Source of the DNA: Planctomycetota bacterium
GTDB taxonomy: Bacteria; Planctomycetota; Phycisphaerae; FEN-1346
Length of the DNA: 64,000 nt
NCBI GenBank assembly: GCA_030602705.1
Contig: JAUVZF010000012.1
Coordinates: 805-64,804 of the forward strand
Reading direction: 5' to 3'
Of this stretch, positions 38,683-48,632 are shown piece by piece. Numbering within the stretch: the first letter of the stretch is position 1; every line of letters begins with the position of its first letter. The notes under the pieces are model-generated. The model did not search any database. It was not told where the DNA came from and was given only the letters and a program-made list of their open reading frames with translations. A program made the position numbers and the translations under genes.

Positions 38683-39693
38683 ATGGACGATGCACGAGTA
38701 ACCCGCCGTGAGTTCATGGGCAAGAGCGCGAAGATGGCCGCCGGCGCCGCCGCCTGCTTTGGCGCCGTCGGCGCGGGCGCGGGCGCGTCCGCCGGGGCCG
38801 TCGATACCTCCAAGATCCCCAGTTACAACCCGAACATGGAGTACCGCCGCCTCGGCAAGACGGACCTGATGGTCTCGGCGGTGTGCCTGGGCGGCCACTC
38901 GCGCAGCAACCAGAAGGAGCGGACCGAGATCATCAGCCGGTGCCTCGACGCCGGCATCAACTACGACGACTCGTGCGGGTTCGGCGAGGTCGTCCGCGAC
39001 GCCAAGGCACTGAAGGGGCGGCGCGAGAAGATGTACCAGGCCCTGTCGCACTGCGGGCACGAGGTCCGCAACAAGAATTACCGCACCGCCAAGAAGTTGA
39101 TGGAGGTCCTTGACGAAACGCTCAAGGGCTCCAACCAGGAGTACACGGACCTGTGGCGGATCACCTGCTACGAGCCGGGCGGGCGGCACACGTTCAACAC
39201 GTCGTGCGAGATCGTCAAGGCGCTGGAGACCGCCAAGAAGCAGGGCAAGGCCCGGTTCGTCGGGTTCTCCTCGCACGACCGGCGGTGGATCCAGTTCATG
39301 ATCGAGTATTTTCCGCAGGTCGAGGTGGTCCTCTTTCCGTTCACGACGATGAGCAAGGCCGCGCCGACCGACAGCCTGTTTCCGGCGCTCAAGAAGCGCG
39401 ACGTGGGGGCCTTCGGCATCAAGCCGTATGGGGCAGGGTCGCTGTTCCAGGGCGACCAGGAGGAACGCGACCGCCTGGCCCGCCTGGCCCTCCGGTACAT
39501 CCTGCACTCGAACACGGTCATCCCGATTCCGGGCATGAACGACGTGGCCCACGTGGATACCGCCGCCAAGGCCGTCATGGAACGCCGCAAACTCGACCTG
39601 AAAGAGCAGGCTGAACTCCAAGACGCCAGCAAACGGATGTGGGCCAACCTGCCGCCCAACTATCAGTGGCTGAAAAACTGGGAGTACGTGTAG
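38683..39693 (+). CDS. Aldo/keto reductase-like oxidoreductase, Tat signal
   Basis: AAAGGAG RBS. RREFMGKSAKMAAGAAA Tat motif. AKR-like fold. Confidence 0.75.
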   Translation: MDDARVTRREFMGKSAKMAAGAAACFGAVGAGAGASAGAVDTSKIPSYNPNMEYRRLGKTDLMVSAVCLGGHSRSNQKERTEIISRCLDAGINYDDSCGFGEVVRDAKALKGRREKMYQALSHCGHEVRNKNYRTAKKLMEVLDETLKGSNQEYTDLWRITCYEPGGRHTFNTSCEIVKALETAKKQGKARFVGFSSHDRRWIQFMIEYFPQVEVVLFPFTTMSKAAPTDSLFPALKKRDVGAFGIKPYGAGSLFQGDQEERDRLARLALRYILHSNTVIPIPGMNDVAHVDTAAKAVMERRKLDLKEQAELQDASKRMWANLPPNYQWLKNWEYV

Positions 39694-39776
39694 AGTACCG
39701 CTACCCGACGAAGATCACTAACCGCCGCCGAGGGACGCTCCGCACCGTCTCACGGGGCCATGCCGGGAAACTCCGC

Positions 39777-40331
39777 ATGAGATACGCCTCTTTGGTGGTG
39801 GTCTCGGCCCTTGCCGCCGCTCTGATGGCCGCCTGCCAGCGCCAGGAGACCGGCCTCTCGCGCCACGAACCCGAACGGTCTCGGACCGCCAAGACATCCG
39901 GCGGCAACGAGGAACCGTTGCTGCTTCTGGACGATGAGCCTCCGCTGCTTCTCGACGGCGGCGAGAAGGAGTTGCCCGCGCCGACCGGCCCGGTCGCCGA
40001 CAACAGCCGCTGCCATGTTTGCCACCTGAATTACGTGCGGGAGGAACTCGCCGTTCAGCACGCGCGGGCCAACATCGGCTGCGCGGATTGCCACGGCAAC
40101 TGCGACGAACACATCGCCGACGAATCCTGGGCCTGGGGCGAAAACGGCACGCCGCCCGGTATCATGTATCCCAGGCCGAAGATCAACCCCTTCTGCCTCA
40201 ACTGTCACCCGAAAGACAAGATCCCCGCCGCAGACCACAAGACGCTCTTCGCCGGAACCGCCAAAAAAAAATACTGTACCGACTGCCACGGCGCCCACCG
40301 GCTGGCCAAACGCAAGTGCAAGTGGAAGTAG
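39777..40331 (+). CDS. Tetraheme c-type cytochrome lipoprotein
   Basis: Four CxxCH motifs (CHVCH, CADCH, CLNCH, CTDCH). Signal peptide with AAC lipobox. Confidence 0.7.
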   Translation: MRYASLVVVSALAAALMAACQRQETGLSRHEPERSRTAKTSGGNEEPLLLLDDEPPLLLDGGEKELPAPTGPVADNSRCHVCHLNYVREELAVQHARANIGCADCHGNCDEHIADESWAWGENGTPPGIMYPRPKINPFCLNCHPKDKIPAADHKTLFAGTAKKKYCTDCHGAHRLAKRKCKWK

Positions 40332-40344
40332 CCGCCTAAGCAGG

Positions 40345-40790
40345 AGCGATGAAGTCAATCCGAATTCGGCGGGTGACTTGGCGTGCACCCAAGTCCGTAG
40401 CGCCCGTACGGGCGGCCGTTGGTCAGGCTGACGGCAGTTCGGCGCCGGGGATAAACCCCGGCGCTACTTGACGTTTACCCAAGTACGTAGCGCCGGGCTT
40501 CATGCCCGGCGGCCGTTGGTCAGGCTGACGGCAGTTCGGCGCCGGGGATAAACCCCGGCGCTACTTGACGTTTACCCAAGTCCGTAGCGCCGGGCTTTAT
40601 GCCCGGCGGCCGTTGGTCAGGCCGACGGCAGTTCGGCGCCGGGGATAAACCCCGGCGCTACGACCGTGGCGTGCACCCAAGTACGTAGCGCCGGGCTTTA
40701 TGCCCGGCGGCCGTTGGTCAGGCCGACCCGTACGGGGGGATAAACCCCGGCGCTACGGCCGTTCGGAAAGACTTTCTGGCTCGCGTTTAG
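40345..40790. repeat. Tandem array of 4 paired-hairpin units (~97 bp), family B
   Basis: Each unit has GTAGCGCCGGGCTTTATGCCCGGCGG and GGCGCCGGGGATAAACCCCGGCGCTAC hairpins. The segments between units are identical, so it is not a CRISPR array. Confidence 0.8.
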
Positions 40791-42307
40791 ATGTGTTGCA
40801 CCTGGATGCCCGCCAGTTGGCAGTACGCCTTGAACTGCCGCTCCAGGTCGCCGTAGATGAACAGTTGGTGGAACCCCTTCGCGTTGCCCGAATCGGCGAC
40901 ACCGTCCAGTTCGATCTCGACGGCCGTGCGGCAGCAGCCAGCCGGCGGCTGGGCGATGTTGGCCACCACGCGGCCCGTCCCCAGAATCATCCATTGCGGA
41001 CCCTCGAACTTCATGATCGTCACCTTCTGACCGATACGCCACAGCACCTGCAGCGCCACGCCGGTCCGCGTGTGATAACTGCGAAGGATGAACGGCGCCC
41101 GGTAAGGCTCCTCGAAACCCTCCAGCCGCGTGGCGCTCATGCAGTGGGCGCCCATCAGCGTGTTATTCACCGTGTTGGGCGCCGGGTCCTGCATGAAGCC
41201 CGGCCGCTCGAACAGAAGGTGCGTCAGCCGCATGGAGATGGCTGCATTCCAGTCGGCCTCGCACGCCGCCACCACGCCCTCGTCGAGCAGATGCGAGAAC
41301 GCCATGCACGGCGGCTTGATCTGCCCGCGCCCGATCGGGCCCAGGCAGTCCATCGAGAAGCCGTGGCACTTCTCGGCCTCCATCACGCGCCGGCAGGCGA
41401 TGTAGTTCTTAGCGGCCGTCAGGATGTCGTCCTTCGTGGGTTCGACAATTTTCTTCGCTTCCTTCGTGTAGTAGTCGGCGAGGGCACGCACCTCGTCGCT
41501 CTCTTCGACCTTCTTGAATGCGTCGAAGAAACGCTGGTGCGGCACGTAGTGCAGCGTCGTGCCAATGATGTCGAGCACTTTGTCCACCGTCTTCCCGCCT
41601 TTAACGATGCAGAGGCGCGTGTTCTTCATCCGCCAGATGGCCGAAAGCATCCGCAGCCCGAACGCCGGCCACTGGACGTCCTGCGTGGCGCCCACGAACG
41701 TCCTCGGCGCGCTGCGGGCCGTCTTGAGATGCGACGTGAACGAACTGCCCATCGGGCTGTACACGATCGTGGGAACGTCGCCGCGGTTCTTTACCAGGCG
41801 ATTCACGAGCTTCCAGTGGAACAGTTCCATCGCAACGATGAACAGACCCGCCGGCGGCGACTTCTTCAGCGACGCGACGCAGGCGTCGATCTCGGCCGCG
41901 CTCGCGAGCGGTTCGTCCTGGATAGCGAGCCGGACTCCGAGTTTCTTGGCCGCCTCGGTAAGAACCTTCTTGTGAAGCGCCTCGCCGGCCTTGATGTCGA
42001 ACTGGCCGCCCGGCCAACTGATGATCGGCCGCTCGCCAAGGCGTTCCGGGTCCGAGGTCTTCGGACGAATGAACACCACCCGGACGGTCGGCCCCACGGC
42101 AGGCTTTCCCTGGGCCGCAAGCACCGACGAGGCGAAATCGAGCAGCCCCATCTGTGCCGCCACCGCCGATGCGCTCACACCCCTCAGAAAACGCCGACGA
42201 TTCAGCAGCAGCGGACAACCGGGCACGTGAATCCTCCTGTTAGCGGGCATAACGGTTCCTCCCGTATTCCGGTAGCGCGTAAGTGCGGCCGCAGGCATCT
42301 CGCCCAC
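40787..42307 (-). CDS. Tat-signal isomerase-like family protein (L-fucose/L-arabinose isomerase-like, tentative), intact paralog
   Basis: RRRFLRGVSASAVAAQMGLLDFASS Tat signal. 506 aa. Paralog of 35965..37242. Confidence 0.55.
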   Translation of the reverse strand: MGEMPAAALTRYRNTGGTVMPANRRIHVPGCPLLLNRRRFLRGVSASAVAAQMGLLDFASSVLAAQGKPAVGPTVRVVFIRPKTSDPERLGERPIISWPGGQFDIKAGEALHKKVLTEAAKKLGVRLAIQDEPLASAAEIDACVASLKKSPPAGLFIVAMELFHWKLVNRLVKNRGDVPTIVYSPMGSSFTSHLKTARSAPRTFVGATQDVQWPAFGLRMLSAIWRMKNTRLCIVKGGKTVDKVLDIIGTTLHYVPHQRFFDAFKKVEESDEVRALADYYTKEAKKIVEPTKDDILTAAKNYIACRRVMEAEKCHGFSMDCLGPIGRGQIKPPCMAFSHLLDEGVVAACEADWNAAISMRLTHLLFERPGFMQDPAPNTVNNTLMGAHCMSATRLEGFEEPYRAPFILRSYHTRTGVALQVLWRIGQKVTIMKFEGPQWMILGTGRVVANIAQPPAGCCRTAVEIELDGVADSGNAKGFHQLFIYGDLERQFKAYCQLAGIQVQHI

Positions 42308-42382
42308 CCCTTGCTATAATGCCGCCGGCCAGTGCTGTCAAGGAATCTCGCGCCCACCTCACCACCCGGGCGTGGCAACGGA

Positions 42383-42560
42383 TTATGGCAGGTGTCGCGC
42401 CGTCAGGCAAAAAGGTTCCAGGAACCTTTTCCCGAAAAAGACCGATACACGGCCAGAAACGCCGAAACCGCGAAAAAGGTTCCTGGAACCTTTTTGCCCC
42501 GCCGCCCCCCTCGGCGACCCCGCGCGGCGCACGGAAAAGGTTCCAGGAACCTTTTTTGTC
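42383..42560. mobile_element. MITE-like element family A (full copy plus adjacent partial copy)
   Basis: ggattatggcaggtgtcgcgccgtcaggcaaaaaggttccaggaaccttttcccgaaaaagaccgatacacggccagaaacgccgaaaccgcgaaaaaggttcctggaacctttttgcc, then cggaaaaggttccaggaaccttttttgtcc. Confidence 0.75.
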
Positions 42561-42640
42561 CGAGGCGCGTCCACGCCCACGTAGAACACCTACCTTGCGC
42601 ACCCCTTACCTGGCCGGCGGACGATTCCGCCCCCGCCGTA

Positions 42641-43711
42641 TTATCCTGGGTGCACAGGCGTTTTCATCGCACCCTTCTTTTCTAAAGCCATTGCGAGTCG
42701 TTGCAATTGCTCAACCGACGCCGGGGCCATCTGGCCGTCTTGGTAGATGCCGACGTTGAAGGTCATGGGGGCTTGGTGGGAATTACACTCCCGAACGTAG
42801 GCGATGACCTCTTTATCGGAATAGAGCGGCTTGGGGATCTCGCTGTTGGCCCGCCGATGCACCCATCCCCGCTCATCCAGGCAGGTCCAGCCAAACCATT
42901 GCAGGCCGTTTTTCAGATACCTTGCTTTTGCCGGAGTCTTGAGGTTGACCAATTCCCCCGACCAATAATCCTGATGGCTCGTGTAAAGGAAGGTGTAGGC
43001 AATACCCGGGTTGTAGGTTACGAGCCGGCCGGGAAACCCCCGTTTGGCGGCCACCGTGAACCGTTCCCATGGGAACTGGAAACCGGTCATGTCGGTCGAA
43101 ACACTGTTGTGCGGCCCCCGAGGATCGAGAGAGTAAGGGCTGTCGAACCACCACGCCTTGATTTTGTTCCCGTAACGCTCGCCCATCCAGCCGACAATTT
43201 CCAGGAGGTTCCGGGCCAGCCGGTTCTTGTCCCGATCGTGGTAGCCCACAGCCTGCTCCCACGGGCGGTCCTGGGCGCGGTTGCAGGAATGGTTGTAGTA
43301 GATTAACAGATACTTGCCTTTGGCCGCCAAAGCGTCGGCCAGTTCTGCGAGCAGATCCCGCTTGCAGGTACGGCCGGGGAGTATCTTGTCGATGACCGGG
43401 TGCGGAGCGGGCAGCATTTGGAGCGCGTGAGCAGACGTGAACAGGAGATAGTCGGCCCCGGCATACGTCAATCGGTCGACGAACCGCTTCACATCAAAGG
43501 CATCGACGGCTTTCTGGAAGGGCAACGCCGCCCCGTGCCGGCCAACGGTCTGGGCCGTCCAGTGAGCGCCGATCCCGTAGCGGCAATTGGCGAGCCAGTC
43601 GGTATTGGCCCGCTGGTAGTTTCTCGGCGGCTGTTGGGCTCCGAGAAGCCTTCGCAATGGAGTGCAAGCCGCACAAGTAGCCAATGTGGTTATGAACTTA
43701 CGCCGATCCAT
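42641..43711 (-). CDS. Secreted TIM-barrel glycoside-hydrolase-like protein (alpha-L-fucosidase-like, tentative)
   Basis: MDRRKFITTLATCAAC signal. (beta/alpha)8-like pattern with conserved acidic residues. Family unresolved. Confidence 0.4.
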   Translation of the reverse strand: MDRRKFITTLATCAACTPLRRLLGAQQPPRNYQRANTDWLANCRYGIGAHWTAQTVGRHGAALPFQKAVDAFDVKRFVDRLTYAGADYLLFTSAHALQMLPAPHPVIDKILPGRTCKRDLLAELADALAAKGKYLLIYYNHSCNRAQDRPWEQAVGYHDRDKNRLARNLLEIVGWMGERYGNKIKAWWFDSPYSLDPRGPHNSVSTDMTGFQFPWERFTVAAKRGFPGRLVTYNPGIAYTFLYTSHQDYWSGELVNLKTPAKARYLKNGLQWFGWTCLDERGWVHRRANSEIPKPLYSDKEVIAYVRECNSHQAPMTFNVGIYQDGQMAPASVEQLQRLAMALEKKGAMKTPVHPG

Positions 43712-44074
43712 TTCAGCCTCCCGACTTCCGCCTTCGTTGAGCCGGTTGCACGAACGCCCCTGGCCGACCGCCAACTCCCGTCGAGTTCGGTTTCAGGCCG
43801 GCCGGGGCACAGCGGCGGAGAAGAGGGTAACGTTTTCCGGGAAAAGGTGCCAGGTACCTTTTTCGTGGGATCAGAAGAATCTTGTCAGGCCGGCCACAGG
43901 TGGTATCTTTGAGAGAGGCGGTGGGCGTTCCGTCGCCGGGCGTGCTGCTGCCGCCCCTCCGGGCGCCCTCCCGGGCAGCCGCGAAGACGTTACCCATGGC
44001 GATGGTTCCACATTATTCCAGTCCGGAAACTGTCCAACGCAAGGGACAGGCTGAAAATGAGGGGAGACTGGTCC

Positions 44075-45703
44075 ATGACGACCCGGCAGACGATCCTGAC
44101 GGCCGTGGCACTGGCGGTCGTGGCCTCGGCGGCATGCAGCGCCGACGACATCCTCCTCGCCGACTTCGAGGGCAAGGACGGCGGCGACAGGAAGGTCGAG
44201 GCAGCCGCCTCTGGCGACGGGTCGGATCCTGCCCGCGCAGAGGTCGCCTCGTGGAACCAGTTCAGAGGGCCCAACGGTTCGGGCGTGGCCCGCGCGTGCC
44301 AACCACCGGTGAGACTCGACGGGAGTCACGTCGCCTGGAAAACGCCCGTTCCCCCCGGTCTCTCTTCGCCGGTGCTTGCCGGGAACCGGATCTTTTTGAC
44401 GGCCGTAGAGGACCGTCGCCTGCTCACGCTCGCTTTCGACACGGCATCCGGGAAACGCCTGTGGCGCCGCAAGGCGCCGAGGGTGCCGCTCGAAAAGGCG
44501 TACACGACCAACAGCCCGGCGGCCTCGACGCCGCAGGCCGATGACGAGCGCCTCTACGTTTACTTCGGTTCCTACGGCCTGCTCTGCTACGACCACGAGG
44601 GCCGTCGGCAGTGGGCCAAACCCATCCCCACCCCTGGAAGTCTCTACGGAATGGCTACGTCTCCCATCGGGCACGGGGATACCCTGATCCTGGTTCTCGA
44701 CAACGACGCCGACCTTCCGGGCAGCAGTCTGAGCCGATCCAAGATCCTCGCCGTCAAAAAGTCCACCGGCGAAACCGCCTGGGAAACGCCTCGCCCCTTC
44801 CATCGCAGCGGGTGGTCAACGCCGATGATATGGAGACATGGCGACGGCAAAGATCTGGTCGTGCTGGGGGACGGACGGGTGTCCGGCTACGATCCTCAAA
44901 CCGGCGAGCAGAAATGGTTCGCCACCGGCTTCTCGCGAGAGACGATTGCGATGCCGGTATCCGGTAACGGGCGCCTCTACGCTTCAGCGGCGATGGGTGG
45001 CGTCCCCGACGAGCAACCCGATCCGCAACCGTTCTGGGACGCCGTGATGCAGTTTGACGGGAACGGGGACGGCAAACTCCAGCGCAGCGAGATGACAGGA
45101 CACTTCACGTTCCCCTTCCGGCCCGAACTGCCACCCGGACATCCCGGCTACGGGATGCCGCTGCCCGCGAACAAGGCGAAGCGGAATGGGCGTCTCGATG
45201 GGATGTTCGCCGGGATCGACAAGGACAAGAACGGCTTCTGGACCCGCGACGAGTTCCTGGCAAGCATGTCGCTGCACCGCGGCAGACCGATGCTCATGGC
45301 CATCCGGCCGGGAGGCAAGGGCGACGTCACCGAGACCCACGTGACCTGGCAACTGCGCCGCAACATCCCGGAGATCCCTTCGCCCGTCTTCTACAAAAAC
45401 CGCCTCTACCTGGTCCGCAATGGCGGCATCCTCGCAGCCGTCGACGCCACCAACGGAGAGACCCTCTATCGCGAGCGCCTCGGGGCTCCAGGGCATTACA
45501 GCGCCTCGCCGGTCGTGGCGAACGAGCATCTCTACCTGGCCTCGAACCGGGGGGTCGTGTCGGTGGTGAAGGCCGGCGATGCGTTCCAGATGGTTCACCA
45601 GCGCGACCTGGGAGAACCCGTGTTTGCCACACCGGCCCTCGACGCCTCAACGATCTATATCCGCACCAAGACGAACCTTTTGGCGCTGCGGACACGGGAC
45701 TGA
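44075..45703 (+). CDS. Secreted PQQ-like beta-propeller repeat protein with EF-hand-like insert
   Basis: Signal peptide. Repeated BamB/PQQ-type blades (LYVYFGSYGLLCYD, LYLVRNGGILAAVDATNGETLY). DGNGDGKLQRSE calcium-loop-like motif. Confidence 0.6.
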   Translation: MTTRQTILTAVALAVVASAACSADDILLADFEGKDGGDRKVEAAASGDGSDPARAEVASWNQFRGPNGSGVARACQPPVRLDGSHVAWKTPVPPGLSSPVLAGNRIFLTAVEDRRLLTLAFDTASGKRLWRRKAPRVPLEKAYTTNSPAASTPQADDERLYVYFGSYGLLCYDHEGRRQWAKPIPTPGSLYGMATSPIGHGDTLILVLDNDADLPGSSLSRSKILAVKKSTGETAWETPRPFHRSGWSTPMIWRHGDGKDLVVLGDGRVSGYDPQTGEQKWFATGFSRETIAMPVSGNGRLYASAAMGGVPDEQPDPQPFWDAVMQFDGNGDGKLQRSEMTGHFTFPFRPELPPGHPGYGMPLPANKAKRNGRLDGMFAGIDKDKNGFWTRDEFLASMSLHRGRPMLMAIRPGGKGDVTETHVTWQLRRNIPEIPSPVFYKNRLYLVRNGGILAAVDATNGETLYRERLGAPGHYSASPVVANEHLYLASNRGVVSVVKAGDAFQMVHQRDLGEPVFATPALDASTIYIRTKTNLLALRTRD

Positions 45704-45704
45704 G

Positions 45705-45812
45705 GGCAAAAAGGTTCCAGGAACCTTTTCCCTGAAGGGCCCGGAGGGTGCTACGCAGAAAAGGTTCCTGGAACCTTTTTGCCTGACGGCGCGACACCTG
45801 CCATGTCCCGTT
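45705..45812. mobile_element. MITE-like element family A (variant copy)
   Basis: ggcaaaaaggttccaggaaccttttccctgaagggcccggagggtgctacgcagaaaaggttcctggaacctttttgcctgacggcgcgacacctgccatgtcc. The right end is the reverse complement of the cggattatggcaggtgtcgcgccgtcagg flank seen at 42383. Confidence 0.7.
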
Positions 45813-45849
45813 TAAGACAACTACATGGGCACTAAGTGGCGATGTCGTG

Positions 45850-47058
45850 TCAGGGTCCCACTGCCGAAGCGGGCGTCAACTCCGACGGGTCGTACTCCAT
45901 CGCCGCAAAGCCGCTTGAACGGTGAGCGATGAGCGGCGGCGGACCTTTCGTCTCCTCCTCCCCCGCGACGGAGGCCGGCACCGGCGCCGTCTCCAGCAGC
46001 AGACACTCCACGCCCTCGAGGTCCTCGACCAGCGCGAGCCCTTCCTTGACGCCGAGCACCATGATGGCCGTCGCCAGGCCGTCCGAGAGCGCCGGATCGT
46101 CCGCCACCACCGTTACGCCGGCCAGGCGCGTGTCCACCGGCCGCCCGGTGCGCGGGTCGATGATGTGGCTGAACCGCTTGCCGGCCACCGTGAATCCGCG
46201 GTAGGCGTGGCCGCTCGTATCGACCGCCTGGTCCCGGATGTGCACGGCCGTGTAGAGCCGCGACCGGTCTTCGGGATGCCGGGGGTCCTGCACGCCGACG
46301 CCCCATCGCCGGTCGCCGCCGGCCGGGACGAGCGACCTCGGCCGCACACCGAAGGCGAAGACGTCGCCGGCGACCGCCACCAGCCCCGCAGTCGCCCCCG
46401 CCTGCTGGAGCCGCCGGGCCATGCGTCCGGCGATGTAGCCCTTGGCGATGCCGCCCAGGTCCAGGCGCATCCCCTTCCGGATGCCGACCGAGTGGACGGT
46501 TTTGGTGAGTTCCTCGCGTGTAGGCGGCGGCGAGCGGGGCGGCGCGAGTTCCAGTTCGCTCAGCGGCCCCTGCACCACCGCCACCAGCATCTCCAGTTTG
46601 TCCATGCCGACCAGGGCGCGGGCCTTGTTGATTTCTTCATCGGTCGGGAGGGTGTCCTTCTCGGCCGCCTCGCGCCACAGGTCCAGCAGCGGGCCGACCG
46701 TCGGGTCGAAGGCGCCGGCGGTCAGTTCGTGAACCTCCTTGGCGGCCGCCAGGCAACTCGTGACCAGCGGGTGCACCTCGACCTGCCACAGGCCGGCCTC
46801 CCTGTTGATGCGCGACACGTGGGAGTCCTCGCGGTAGGAGTCGAGGCGGGCGATACACTCGTCCATCTCGGCCCAGGCTGCCGCCAGCCACCGGCGGCCG
46901 AGTTCCTCGCTCGGCGCAACCACGCGGACCATCACCTCCGTGTCCATCGCCTGCCGGGCCTCAACCATCTCGACCGGCTCGCCGCCGCAACCGGCCACGG
47001 CGAGGGCTGCCCCAAGCGCCGCCCCGAGCCAGGTACGGCAGCAGCGGGCTCGAGTCAT
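45850..47058 (-). CDS. apbE: FAD:protein FMN transferase (ApbE family) lipoprotein
   Basis: Lipobox VAGC. ApbE signatures (GGIAKGY, TSGHAYRGF, IIDPRTG, TVVADDPALSDGLATA). Confidence 0.75.
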   Translation of the reverse strand: MTRARCCRTWLGAALGAALAVAGCGGEPVEMVEARQAMDTEVMVRVVAPSEELGRRWLAAAWAEMDECIARLDSYREDSHVSRINREAGLWQVEVHPLVTSCLAAAKEVHELTAGAFDPTVGPLLDLWREAAEKDTLPTDEEINKARALVGMDKLEMLVAVVQGPLSELELAPPRSPPPTREELTKTVHSVGIRKGMRLDLGGIAKGYIAGRMARRLQQAGATAGLVAVAGDVFAFGVRPRSLVPAGGDRRWGVGVQDPRHPEDRSRLYTAVHIRDQAVDTSGHAYRGFTVAGKRFSHIIDPRTGRPVDTRLAGVTVVADDPALSDGLATAIMVLGVKEGLALVEDLEGVECLLLETAPVPASVAGEEETKGPPPLIAHRSSGFAAMEYDPSELTPASAVGP

Positions 47059-47113
47059 GCGCGGCCCGTACGGGCCGCGCACCCACCCGCGTTTAGCGGC
47101 GCCCGCATACTCG

Positions 47114-48202
47114 TCACTTGCGCCCATACTTGTACTCCGCCTGGCAGGATCCCTCGCGGCTGACCATGCACGGCCCGACCGGATGGGCCGGCGTGCAGGT
47201 CTTTCCGAAAAGCGGACATCCGTGCGGTTCCACGAGGCCGCGGATGACGTCGCCGCACCGGCAACCGTGCTGCTCGGCCGCCGGTTCAGCGGGCGGCCAG
47301 GGGATGCCGAGCGCCGGCGGCGCGTCGAACTCGGCGTACGCCTCCCGCAGGCCCATGCCGCTGGCGGGGATCGACCCCAGGCCGCGCCACGTCACGTCGA
47401 CGACCTCGAAAACGCGCTCGATTCGCGCCAGCGCCTCGGGGTTGCCCTCCGGCCGCACGGCCTCTTGGTAGACGTTCTCGACGCGTGCCTCACCGGCGGC
47501 CAGTTGCCGCAGGATGGCCGCCACCCCCGCGAGCACCTGCTCGGCCGTGAACCCCGCCACGACGCACGGCCGCCGGTACGCCGCCGCAAGCGGCTCGTAC
47601 GCGCGGCTGCCGATGATGACGCTGACGTGGCCGGGACACAGAAACCCGTCGATCCGGACCTCGCCTCCCGCCAGCAGCGCGTCCATTGCGGGGATGATCC
47701 ACTTGTGGCCCGAGAGGATGAGGAAGTTCCCGAGGCCTTCAGCCTTGGCGGTCTCGATCGCCACGGCCGTGCCGGGCGCGGTCGTCTCAAAACCGACCGC
47801 CGCAAACACCACCGTTTCGCCGCGCCGCCGCCGCGCCAGGTCCAGCGCCTCCAGCACCGAGTAGCAGACCGCAACGCTGCCGCCTTCGGCCTTGCGACGT
47901 TCCAAACTGGCGGTGCTGCCCGGCACGCGGACCATGTCGCCGAACGTGGCGACGGTTACGCCGTCGCGTGCGGCCAGGTCGACCAGCACGTCGATGGTGC
48001 CCTGGCTCGTCACGCACACCGGGCACCCCGGTCCGCTGATGAGTCGCACTCGCTGCGGCAGCAGGCTGCGGAGCCCCGTCCGGCGGATGGCCACCGTGTG
48101 CGTGCCGCAGATCTCCATCAGCGCAATCGGACCGTCGCCGGGGATGGCGGCGGCGGCTTCGGTTATGTCGCGCCTGTATTGGTCGATGCGAGCGCTTTGC
48201 AT
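47114..48202 (-). CDS. hypD: [NiFe]-hydrogenase maturation factor HypD
   Basis: Conserved HypD motifs CGTHT, GPGCPVC, FETT, CPGHVS, and C-terminal Cys pairs. Confidence 0.85.
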   Translation of the reverse strand: MQSARIDQYRRDITEAAAAIPGDGPIALMEICGTHTVAIRRTGLRSLLPQRVRLISGPGCPVCVTSQGTIDVLVDLAARDGVTVATFGDMVRVPGSTASLERRKAEGGSVAVCYSVLEALDLARRRRGETVVFAAVGFETTAPGTAVAIETAKAEGLGNFLILSGHKWIIPAMDALLAGGEVRIDGFLCPGHVSVIIGSRAYEPLAAAYRRPCVVAGFTAEQVLAGVAAILRQLAAGEARVENVYQEAVRPEGNPEALARIERVFEVVDVTWRGLGSIPASGMGLREAYAEFDAPPALGIPWPPAEPAAEQHGCRCGDVIRGLVEPHGCPLFGKTCTPAHPVGPCMVSREGSCQAEYKYGRK

Positions 48203-48219
48203 GGGTCACGCTGGCGCCG

Positions 48220-48450
48220 TCACTGCTCTTCGCGCTTCAGGTCCTCGATCTGGTCCCACAAGGCGTTGGTTTCGGCGGCGTCATCGGGGGTGATCTTCGT
48301 GATGGCGAAGCCTGCGTGGACGAGTACCCAGTCGCCGATGCCGGCTTCCGGCACGAGCAGGAGCCCCGCGCGCATGCGGTTGCCGCGGATGTCCACGACG
48401 CCCATGCCGGCTTCCTTCGTGACGATCTGACCGGGTATGGCCAGGCACAT
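48220..48450 (-). CDS. hypC: Hydrogenase maturation factor HypC/HupF
   Basis: Starts MCLAIPGQIV (essential Cys2). ~76 aa. Confidence 0.8.
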   Translation of the reverse strand: MCLAIPGQIVTKEAGMGVVDIRGNRMRAGLLLVPEAGIGDWVLVHAGFAITKITPDDAAETNALWDQIEDLKREEQ

Positions 48451-48480
48451 TGCTGTTACCTCACGCGCTACAGAACGCGC

Positions 48481-48625
48481 CCGTACGGGCGGCTAACTGT
48501 GTTCGGCTCGCAATCCCTGCCAGAGGGTGGCACGGCATCCGTACGGAGGCCGTGGGCCGACGCGCGCCGAGGGGCTCACGGTCACGCTGCGCGTGGCCGT
48601 GCCACCCCGCTAAACACGTACAAGC
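48481..48625. repeat. REP-like element family C (single copy) between hypC and hypF
   Basis: ccagagggtggcacggcatccgtacgg...cacggtcacgctgcgcgtggccgtgccaccccgctaaacacgtac. Confidence 0.7.
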
Positions 48626-48632
48626 CCGGCGG

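Noticed and set aside
40345-40790. CRISPR-like appearance (regularly spaced GC-rich repeats with hairpins)
   Set aside because: The sequences between repeat cores are identical from unit to unit (no unique spacers). It is therefore a tandem duplication of a ~97-bp unit, not a CRISPR array. No cas genes nearby.
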